Shown here piece by piece: positions 16,231 through 23,008 of a stretch of 41,162 nt of DNA. The translations under genes and the position numbers were made by a program. The DNA is taken from positions 1-41,162 of IMG/VR virus record IMGVR_UViG_3300009709_000009. One strand, written 5' to 3'. The first letter of the stretch is position 1. Each line of letters begins with the position of its first letter. Source of the DNA: a virus. The notes under the pieces are model-generated. The model was not told the origin of the DNA, made no database searches, and saw only the letters and a list, made by a program, of their open reading frames with translations.

Positions 16231-16262
16231 TAAATAATTACTTTTATAAAGGAGAAAACAAA

Positions 16263-16481
16263 ATGAAAATAGAGAGCGGAATAAAATTCATGAAAGATGA
16301 AGGTCGCGGTCGTCCTAATAAATATCCATTTGGAGAAATGGAAGTCGGGGATAGTTTTCCAGTTCCTGAAGGTGATGGTTTTAGGTCGAGATGTGCAGCC
16401 AGCGCATACGGAAAACGTTATTCAATGAAGTTTTCAGTTCGTAAATATGAAGGTGGATATCGTTGCTGGAGAGTCGCGTAA
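16263..16481 (+). CDS. Conserved small phage protein (72 aa), first gene of the rightward operon.
   Basis: Strong AAGGAG RBS. GRGRPNKYPFGEMEVGDSF...RCWR is a recurrent pattern in phage early proteins. Confidence 0.65.
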   Translation: MKIESGIKFMKDEGRGRPNKYPFGEMEVGDSFPVPEGDGFRSRCAASAYGKRYSMKFSVRKYEGGYRCWRVA

Positions 16482-16495
16482 GGGAATGATTGAAA

Positions 16496-18844
16496 ATGGC
16501 AATTTCATATCTTCAGCAGTTTGCTGAATCGGGTAATCGCGTCTTCTCTTTGGAAAGCATTGACGGCATTTATTGCGGTTGCGGCAATACAAAATGCACA
16601 GCCACAGGCAAGCATCCTGTTTCCGCCAATTGGCAAAATACACCAGAATGGGACGAGGATCAGATTGACGGCTTGAATGCCATGATAGAGCATTTGGGGC
16701 GAGGATTCGGCGTTCTCTGCAACAATCTTCTTGTTGTTGATGTTGACGCCAAGAATGGCGGCATTGAATCATATGCTCGTCTATTGGAGAGATTCCCTGA
16801 TGTTGCCAGCGCTGGATTGATCGTAGAAACTGGCTCTGGTGGAGGCTCTAAGCATCTTTATTTCTCTTTGCCCGCTGATATTCACACGATCCAGTCAAGC
16901 CCTGAATTTCCGGGGATCGATTTCAAGCATACTGGTTTTGTTGTTGGGCCTGGGTCGCCGCACAAGAGCGGCAAAAAATATAACGTCCTTTCTGGCAATG
17001 TTGATGAGATTGATAAGGCTCCTGAGGGACTGGTTGCTTTTCTGAAGCGACCAGAGAGAAGGCATGTCGAATTTGAAGGCTCCAGCACAGACATTAGCGA
17101 TAATTCTCTGCGTTCAATGTTGGGTTGCTTGACATGCTACGATGAATATTCCGATTGGGTTAAGATCGGCATGGCAATCCATGACGCAACGCAGGGGAAT
17201 GGCGTTGCAATATGGGATGAATGGTCTAAGCGTAGCAGTAAATATAATCCTGAATCCATAGACATACGCTGGCATTCATTCGGCAAGTCTTCCAATCCTG
17301 TAACTGTTGGCACGTTGATCAAGCTGGCAAAAGACAGTGGATGGATTGAACGAGTTGAAATGGACGATGTTCCACTGCAAGGTTGGTTTGCTAAGGCTTT
17401 AACCGGATCTTCTGTCACTGAAGGGATGACTAAGGAAGACATTAAGGATGTAAAAAGCCCGCTCAAGGGGTGCCCTGTCGATGTGTCTACGATTGATCTT
17501 ACTATGCCTCCAGGCTTTTGTGGGGAAGTGACGCGATGGATAAATACGCAGTGCCGTTATCCACGTCTAAACCTTGCTGCAATGGCTTCTCTATATGCTA
17601 TTGGCAATATATCAGGTCTAAACTACGCAGTAGATGACAATTCACAAACTCGTGCCAATATGGCTTTGTTTTGTGTTGCTGGCTCTGGAACGGGCAAGGA
17701 TGCAGTTCTCGAGGCTGTCAGTAAAATAATAATCACAGCTGGAATGTCCGAATGCAACCACGGTAAGATTAAGTCTGACCGTGAAATGTATCAAAACCTG
17801 ATACACCATCAAGCAGCATTCTATACTATTGACGAAGTCGGAGCACATCTGGCTAAGATTAGCAACGCTGGACGTTCTGGAGCTTCTCACCTTGAAGGTG
17901 TTATTGAAACGTTCATGGCCGTATACAGTAAGGCTGAATCTTTTCACATCCTTGGAGGAGATGACAAAAGAGAACTAAGTAAAATTTTGCGTGACCGTCT
18001 TTCTTTCTATGCGCGAAAGGTGGAGGAAAACGAAGACGTTCAAGAAAGCAAAATGCATATTGAAGCTATCAAAAAACGCCTATTGAATGCAGACAGATTG
18101 GTGGAACCGTTCCTTTCATTAGCTGGATTTACCACTCCGACGCAGTTTTCAAGAATGATGACAATTGAGAATGCAGAAACTGGTTTTCTTGGTAGAACAA
18201 TTATGTGCGTCGAGCCTGACATTAATCCTTATCCCAACCAAGGCTTTACGAAAGAGAACATGCCACTGGGAATGAGTATGAAAATATCGCAGCTGGCTAG
18301 TGCAGGGTCAACCAAGACCGAAGGAGAGAGGATTGAACGTAGAGGCGATTTGCATCTCGTAAAAATGACAGACGAGGCAAAAAAACTTATTGATCGTTGC
18401 ATGATATGGGTAGTTGATTACAACCAGAGTAAGATTGAATTAGGCCTAGAGCCTTTCTCAGGACTTTACCGTCGAGTTTGTGAGAAGGCGATTAAGATGT
18501 CTCTTATTCTTGGTATTGCAGATGGAGAGATCGACGTTGAACACGTTAAGTGGGCTATGGCTGCATCAATGCGCGATGTTGAGGAAAAGGTCAGCGCCAT
18601 TACGATTGAAGATAAGTCGTTCTCGAAGTCTGATAAGCTTGTAGCTTCAATTCTAAAATGCGTTAAAAACAAACCTGGCCAAACTTTTTCTTATATCTTT
18701 GGAAGATCGAACATCCGCGGGAAATATCAACGGGAAGACGTTCAAAAGGTAATAACAGCTATGGTTCAAAAGAATGAATTGCGCGTTCAAGTAGACACAG
18801 ACAAACGCAACGGGGAAAAGTTAGAACGATATTTCATACGTTAA
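16496..18844 (+). CDS. PrimPol (AEP primase-polymerase) / PriCT / DUF3987-type P-loop helicase fusion (about 782 aa).
   Basis: AEP motifs LLVVDVDAKNGG, TGSGGGSKHLYF and GFVVGPGSPHKSGKKY. PriCT-like YSDWVKIGMAIH...WDEWSK...W.SF. Walker A CVAGSGTGKDAV. The likely start is ATG 16496; the track starts at TTG 16490. Confidence 0.85.
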   Translation: MAISYLQQFAESGNRVFSLESIDGIYCGCGNTKCTATGKHPVSANWQNTPEWDEDQIDGLNAMIEHLGRGFGVLCNNLLVVDVDAKNGGIESYARLLERFPDVASAGLIVETGSGGGSKHLYFSLPADIHTIQSSPEFPGIDFKHTGFVVGPGSPHKSGKKYNVLSGNVDEIDKAPEGLVAFLKRPERRHVEFEGSSTDISDNSLRSMLGCLTCYDEYSDWVKIGMAIHDATQGNGVAIWDEWSKRSSKYNPESIDIRWHSFGKSSNPVTVGTLIKLAKDSGWIERVEMDDVPLQGWFAKALTGSSVTEGMTKEDIKDVKSPLKGCPVDVSTIDLTMPPGFCGEVTRWINTQCRYPRLNLAAMASLYAIGNISGLNYAVDDNSQTRANMALFCVAGSGTGKDAVLEAVSKIIITAGMSECNHGKIKSDREMYQNLIHHQAAFYTIDEVGAHLAKISNAGRSGASHLEGVIETFMAVYSKAESFHILGGDDKRELSKILRDRLSFYARKVEENEDVQESKMHIEAIKKRLLNADRLVEPFLSLAGFTTPTQFSRMMTIENAETGFLGRTIMCVEPDINPYPNQGFTKENMPLGMSMKISQLASAGSTKTEGERIERRGDLHLVKMTDEAKKLIDRCMIWVVDYNQSKIELGLEPFSGLYRRVCEKAIKMSLILGIADGEIDVEHVKWAMAASMRDVEEKVSAITIEDKSFSKSDKLVASILKCVKNKPGQTFSYIFGRSNIRGKYQREDVQKVITAMVQKNELRVQVDTDKRNGEKLERYFIR

Positions 18845-18849
18845 ATAAA

Positions 18850-18891
18850 AAACGCGCTCAACAGGCGGTGGAGAACACCCGGAGCGCGTTA
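18850..18891 (-). terminator. Hairpin plus U-tract, candidate second minus-strand terminator.
   Basis: aacgcgctc...gagcgcgtt forms a 9-bp stem with a 22-nt loop. On the minus strand it is followed by TTTTTTATTT. The large loop lowers confidence. Confidence 0.4.
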
Positions 18892-18997
18892 AAGGCAGCG
18901 AGGAAACGCTGCAAGAGTGAATATGCGATATAATGCAGAGCGTGTCAACTATGAAAGGAGGTGATGCCCTTTGGAGGAAACTAAATTCCCAATAATG

Positions 18998-19025
18998 CAA
19001 AAAGCCCCGGCGTAAAAACCGGGGC
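18998..19025 (-). terminator. Intrinsic terminator after the leftward two-gene island, possibly bidirectional.
   Basis: gccccgg-cgtaaaaa-ccggggc. The minus-strand RNA is followed by UUUUUGCAUU. It lies 7 nt downstream of the stop of 19032..19247. Confidence 0.7.
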
Positions 19026-19031
19026 GTTGGG

Positions 19032-19247
19032 TTATTCAGAGGTTGGTGGAGCATCTAATTCTGCCCAATGAGAATAAATGGAAATTCCAAATTGAGAAAT
19101 TTTTCTTTTAAAGACTGTCCCTTTAACCATTTTATAAACAATTGCTGTATCAGTATGCCATGTTTTCTCATTGCCATAATATACCCACCTACCCACTTTC
19201 ACCATTCTATCAACTGGCGCACTATCAATCGTTTTCCATTCAGTCAT
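19032..19247 (-). CDS. Small DUF551-like protein (71 aa).
   Basis: MTEWKTIDSAPVDRMVKVGRW... matches the W-x-x-I-x-x-AP N-terminal pattern of DUF551-type phage proteins. Its start overlaps the upstream stop by 4 nt. Confidence 0.5.
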   Translation of the reverse strand: MTEWKTIDSAPVDRMVKVGRWVYYGNEKTWHTDTAIVYKMVKGTVFKRKISQFGISIYSHWAELDAPPTSE

Positions 19248-19435
19248 TTCTCAGCCGCCTCAAAATACTCACTAAACTTAACCAGTGTTGACCATGTAGG
19301 GTTGATATTAGGATTAAGCTTCATTTGACTAACAGCCTGTTTTGAAATGCCCAAAGCCTCTGCGACCTTTGTTAGACCCGCATACGGCATTTCGCTAAGT
19401 CGTTTTTGAATTTCTTCCGGCGATAAAACTTTCAT
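19244..19435 (-). CDS. Cro/CI-type HTH DNA-binding protein (63 aa).
   Basis: LTKVAEALGISKQAVSQMK is a canonical HTH. The gene is divergent from the Sak4-like gene. Confidence 0.7.
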   Translation of the reverse strand: MKVLSPEEIQKRLSEMPYAGLTKVAEALGISKQAVSQMKLNPNINPTWSTLVKFSEYFEAAEK

Positions 19436-19455
19436 TCCAGTCCCTTATTTTTAAA

Positions 19456-19496
19456 TTCGATACTTGACATTATCATTTTATAATGCGAAAAGCAAC
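19456..19496. promoter_or_regulatory. Face-to-face divergent promoters with a palindromic operator candidate.
   Basis: Plus strand: TTCGAT-17-TATAAT (19479-19484). Minus strand: TTGCTT (19495-19490)-17-TAATGT (19472-19467). The inverted repeat cattat-N6-ataatg at 19468-19485 overlaps both -10 elements. Confidence 0.45.
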
Positions 19497-19523
19497 ATGT
19501 AGAAAGCAAAAGTGGAGAATTAA

Positions 19524-20267
19524 ATGTCTATCCTATCCAAAGCCACCACGAACCGCACTTGTGGTCACGTAATCACGCTAGTAGGTACGCCAGGAACTGG
19601 TAAAACATCTACAGCGTGTACTTTCCCAGAGCCATATCTTATCCGAACCCAGGGAGAAGACGTACCGCGTGACGTTAATCCTGTTCCTGCAAGCCTCGGT
19701 ATTACAGACACGACTGATTTTCTGTGGCAGCAGTTGACGGCGCTCTTGCAGGATGAGCATGATTACCAAACTCTGATCATCGACAGCGTCACTGGTTTGG
19801 AATCAATGTTCATTCAGGACATCCTGCGCCAAGACACCAAAGCGAAGGGAATAAACCAAGCTCTAGGTGGTTATGGTGCTGGACCAGCGGCGGTTGCAGC
19901 CAATCATATGCGCGTTCGAAAGGCGGTTGAACTGTTGCGTACAAAGCGTAATATGAACACTGTGTTCGTGGCTCATGCTGACATTGGCCGCATTGACCCT
20001 CCAGACAGTGAAGGGTTCAATCAGTACACATTGCGACTGGCTAACAAGTCCATGGCTCCATACACAGATAGCGTTGACGTTGTTGGTTTTCTGCGTCAGG
20101 CAACTATTCTTCGTGGCGATGAAGGTGAAACCAAGAAAGCTATTGGCACTGGTGAGATTATCCTAACGTCTTATCTTAACCCAGCGTTTGTTTCTAAGAA
20201 TCGTCTCGGATTAAAAGAAGACATTACGGTCGTGCAGGGTGAGAATCCCCTTGCTGCATATCTATAA
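19524..20267 (+). CDS. Sak4-like / AAA_24 RecA-fold ATPase (247 aa).
   Basis: Walker A LVGTPGTGKTS, Walker B LIIDSV, and a position directly upstream of a DUF669-type gene. Confidence 0.75.
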   Translation: MSILSKATTNRTCGHVITLVGTPGTGKTSTACTFPEPYLIRTQGEDVPRDVNPVPASLGITDTTDFLWQQLTALLQDEHDYQTLIIDSVTGLESMFIQDILRQDTKAKGINQALGGYGAGPAAVAANHMRVRKAVELLRTKRNMNTVFVAHADIGRIDPPDSEGFNQYTLRLANKSMAPYTDSVDVVGFLRQATILRGDEGETKKAIGTGEIILTSYLNPAFVSKNRLGLKEDITVVQGENPLAAYL

Positions 20268-20285
20268 TTGAAGGAGAACTAACAC

Positions 20286-20882
20286 ATGTCATTCTGGAAC
20301 ACTTCGAGCGGCGAAAGCGCCGTAACAAATTCTACATCGTTTGAGATTGAAGGGGGGGGCGATCTTAGCCCTATCCCGAACGGAACTAAGGTTCTGGCTA
20401 TCGTTGAATCTGCCGGTAAGCGCACTGTAAGAGACAGTGTCGAAGAATACGCAGAGATCAAGTGGTCTGTACTAAAGCCTGAAATCTACAAAAACCGCAA
20501 GATTTTTCAGAAGGTTTGGTGCTACGATCTAGACCCTTCTGCGAAAGATCAAACAAAAGCGCAAGCCAAGAAAGATAAGGCTTTGCGTATGTTGGCAACC
20601 ATTGATTCCAACGCTGGCGGTAAGCTAGCTTCTGCTGGTGTAGAACCAACGTCTGAAGCGCTGGCGTTTGCACTCAACAACAAGACAATGGTTATTGGCT
20701 TGAACGTTTGGGAAATCAAAGACGCCAACGGAACGGCAACAGGCAACTGGGTCTATTCAGTAGCGCCAAAGGGCAGCGAAGTAACTTCCGATGCTGAAGC
20801 TGCAAAGAATAAACCAGCGCTAGTGCAGCGCGCACAGAGTTCGGGTATGCGGGATATTGTAGGAGAAGATATCCCTTTTTAG
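20286..20882 (+). CDS. DUF669-type phage ssDNA-binding-like protein (198 aa).
   Basis: IPNGTKVLAIVESAGKRT...AEIKWSVL...NRKIFQKVW matches the DUF669 pattern. It shows the usual pairing with an AAA_24 ATPase. Confidence 0.6.
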   Translation: MSFWNTSSGESAVTNSTSFEIEGGGDLSPIPNGTKVLAIVESAGKRTVRDSVEEYAEIKWSVLKPEIYKNRKIFQKVWCYDLDPSAKDQTKAQAKKDKALRMLATIDSNAGGKLASAGVEPTSEALAFALNNKTMVIGLNVWEIKDANGTATGNWVYSVAPKGSEVTSDAEAAKNKPALVQRAQSSGMRDIVGEDIPF

Positions 20883-20903
20883 ACTAATACCTTTCTAAGT
20901 TAA

Positions 20904-20935
20904 TCCTTATGGCGTATAATGAAGCGCCATAAGGA
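20904..20935 (+). promoter_or_regulatory. Perfect 11-bp hairpin sequestering the RBS of the HNH gene, with TATAAT in the loop.
   Basis: tccttatggcg (20904-20914), loop tataatgaag, then cgccataagga (20925-20935). The right arm contains the AAGGAG RBS of ATG 20943. Confidence 0.6.
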
Positions 20936-20942
20936 GAAATAA

Positions 20943-21425
20943 ATGAAAATTTGCTTTAAATGTGAGGTCGAAAAACCATTTTCTTGCTTTTATAAGCATA
21001 GCAAGATGGTGGATGGATATCTGAATAAATGTAAAGAATGCGCTAAATCTGACGCTAGAAAAAACAGATCAGAAAATATTGAATATTATAAAGAATATGA
21101 CGCTTGGAGATTTCAAAACGATCCACGGGTTAAGGAGCGTCATAAAAGGTATGGTAAGACTATTGCATACAAAGAATCCATGGCTAAATCTACAAAAAAG
21201 TGGGTTAGAAATAACCCTGAAAAGAGGGCTGCACACATAATACTCGGAAATGCCGTAAAATATGGGAAAGTTATAAAGCCTTCAAATTGTGAGAAGTGTG
21301 GAAGTCAGGTAAAGTCAAAAAACCTTCATGCTCATCACCATGATTATACAAAGCCGATAGATGTAAATTGGCTATGTGTCCAATGTCATGTAAACGAACA
21401 CAAAGATGGAGAAAACAATGCTTAA
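20943..21425 (+). CDS. HNH endonuclease, homing-endonuclease-like (160 aa), AT-rich.
   Basis: N-terminal CxxC...CxxC, and a C-terminal CEKCG...HAHHHDY...WLCVQCHVNEH HNH motif. Confidence 0.8.
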   Translation: MKICFKCEVEKPFSCFYKHSKMVDGYLNKCKECAKSDARKNRSENIEYYKEYDAWRFQNDPRVKERHKRYGKTIAYKESMAKSTKKWVRNNPEKRAAHIILGNAVKYGKVIKPSNCEKCGSQVKSKNLHAHHHDYTKPIDVNWLCVQCHVNEHKDGENNA

Positions 21426-21780
21426 ACTAGAAACTGGTAAATATTACAAGACGAGTGACGGACGTAAGGTTGGGCCTATGCAAGAGCACGGCTTGGGTTT
21501 CCGAGAAAAAACATGGGATGGACGAATTTGGAATGTGGATGGAGAGCCTTACGGCAAAAACAACACCAAAGAAGATACGCTCTTTGAAATCCCTTCATCT
21601 GAATCCCCCATCCGCGAAGTAACACGGCGTGAGTTGGTGGCGGGAAAATACGGTGTTGTATATATTAGTAGCGCTAATGAGATTGGGATAGCGTCAAGAA
21701 AGCATACACCAGAACAACTCCGCGAAGCAGCCCACACTCTAAACCAGATTGCAGAATATTTGGAAAGTGAGGGTAAGTAA
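21418..21780 (+). CDS. Hypothetical protein (120 aa from ATG 21418).
   Basis: ORF track. GGAGAA lies 5 nt before ATG 21418. Confidence 0.55.
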   Translation: MLKLETGKYYKTSDGRKVGPMQEHGLGFREKTWDGRIWNVDGEPYGKNNTKEDTLFEIPSSESPIREVTRRELVAGKYGVVYISSANEIGIASRKHTPEQLREAAHTLNQIAEYLESEGK

Positions 21781-21781
21781 G

Positions 21782-21967
21782 ATGATTGAATTCATGGGGA
21801 GGTTTTTCATATACATAATTTCATGTGGCGTCAGTTACTACGTGGTTAAATCCATATATGATCATAATGGATATGAATTTAATTTTGGAGGAAGTCAGTT
21901 TTGGCTAGGGGTAATATTCATTCTTATAATTAAAATGTCTTATAAGATTTCTCATATAGGAGGATAA
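21782..21967 (+). CDS. Small membrane protein with 2 TM helices (61 aa), AT-rich.
   Basis: MIEFMGRFFIYIISCGVSYYVV...FWLGVIFILIIKM. GAGGG lies 8 nt before ATG 21782. Confidence 0.5.
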   Translation: MIEFMGRFFIYIISCGVSYYVVKSIYDHNGYEFNFGGSQFWLGVIFILIIKMSYKISHIGG

Positions 21968-21969
21968 AT

Positions 21970-22605
21970 ATGACCTACACATACTTCGACGTAGAAACCA
22001 TTCCTGACCAATCAGAAGGCGCATTGGAGAGGGCAAAAGAATCAATTAAGGTTCCAGCCAATTATAAGAACCCAGATACCATAGCGGCGTATATTGAAGA
22101 AAACGCACAAGAAGCATGGGAGAAAACCGCTCTTGATGGGTGGAAGGGGCATGTTGCTTCAATATCGGTACATGACAGAAAATTCATAATTCGTCATGTT
22201 AATGAAGAGCGTGAATTTCTGAAAAAGTTCTTCCATCACTTGGAATGCAAGGGGTCTATTACTCTCGTCGGCCACAACATCATTGGATTTGACGTTCCTT
22301 TCCTAACCAAGCGTGCATTGGTTTTGGGAGTTAAACTGCCACTGGATTACATTTGGCCGCGTAATCTTAAGCCGTGGGACACTCGCGTTTTCGATACCAT
22401 GCTGCAAATGGGGAATGGCAAGGATTTTATTTCTCTGGACAACCTTGCAAAGAACCTTGGCATTAAAGGCAAGGGAAATACTACGGGCGCACAGGTCCAT
22501 TATATGTGGCAGAATGGCCTGCATGATGAGATTGCGGAATATTGCGCGGATGACGTTCGTATTGTTCGTGAAGTCCATGAGCGTTTTCTTGCGTGCGGTT
22601 GGTGA
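21970..22605 (+). CDS. DnaQ/PolB-type 3'-5' exonuclease, PF10108-like (211 aa).
   Basis: ExoI YFDVET, ExoII GHNIIGFDVPFL and ExoIII YCADDVRIV. Confidence 0.8.
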   Translation: MTYTYFDVETIPDQSEGALERAKESIKVPANYKNPDTIAAYIEENAQEAWEKTALDGWKGHVASISVHDRKFIIRHVNEEREFLKKFFHHLECKGSITLVGHNIIGFDVPFLTKRALVLGVKLPLDYIWPRNLKPWDTRVFDTMLQMGNGKDFISLDNLAKNLGIKGKGNTTGAQVHYMWQNGLHDEIAEYCADDVRIVREVHERFLACGW

Positions 22606-22622
22606 CATAACAAAGTGGAGAG

Positions 22623-23006
22623 ATGGTTGTGAAAATATACTGCTGTGGGTGCGAAGCTCATGTTAACGCCCGCCTAACTGATGGAAAAGAAATATACCCC
22701 CATCGTAAAGACCTTTACAAATTACCATTCTGGAAATGTGATGAATGCAATAATTTTGTAGGTTGTCATCACAAAACTAATGATAGAACGGCTCCTTTAG
22801 GATGTATACCTACCAAGGAAATAAGAAGTGTCAGGAGCTTAGTTCACTCTGAGTTAGACCCTTTATGGAAAGGTGGAAAATATACGAGAAAACAGCTCTA
22901 TGCCATATTAAATCAAAAGACGGGTATGGAAGGTGGATATCATACCGCAAAGATAAGATCTGTTGATGATGGAATGAAAATTTATCAACTTTTGAAGAGT
23001 TTATAA
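22623..23006 (+). CDS. Zinc-finger protein, DUF3268-like (127 aa).
   Basis: CCGC...WKCDEC...CHH followed by LDPLWK...R..LY......GY.HTA.I. Confidence 0.6.
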   Translation: MVVKIYCCGCEAHVNARLTDGKEIYPHRKDLYKLPFWKCDECNNFVGCHHKTNDRTAPLGCIPTKEIRSVRSLVHSELDPLWKGGKYTRKQLYAILNQKTGMEGGYHTAKIRSVDDGMKIYQLLKSL

Positions 23007-23008
23007 TC

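Noticed and set aside
15748-16262. Canonical DnaA boxes (TTATCCACA), or a small ORF (21 aa, ATG at about 15888), in the control region.
   Set aside because: No match to the DnaA-box consensus was seen by eye; there are only CCCCACA-like fragments. The mini-ORF has its GAGAGG only 1 nt from the ATG.
19244-19435. The HTH gene as evidence of a lysogeny (CI/Cro plus integrase) module.
   Set aside because: I recognised no integrase, excisionase or attP-like feature anywhere on the circle. A 63-aa Cro-like regulator alone does not indicate temperate behaviour.
19464-19484. TTGACA and TATAAT consensus hexamers on the plus strand as one promoter.
   Set aside because: They are only 9 nt apart and so cannot act together. 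TATAAT is better paired with a weak TTCGAT at 17 nt. The TTGACA overlaps the -10 of the candidate leftward promoter.
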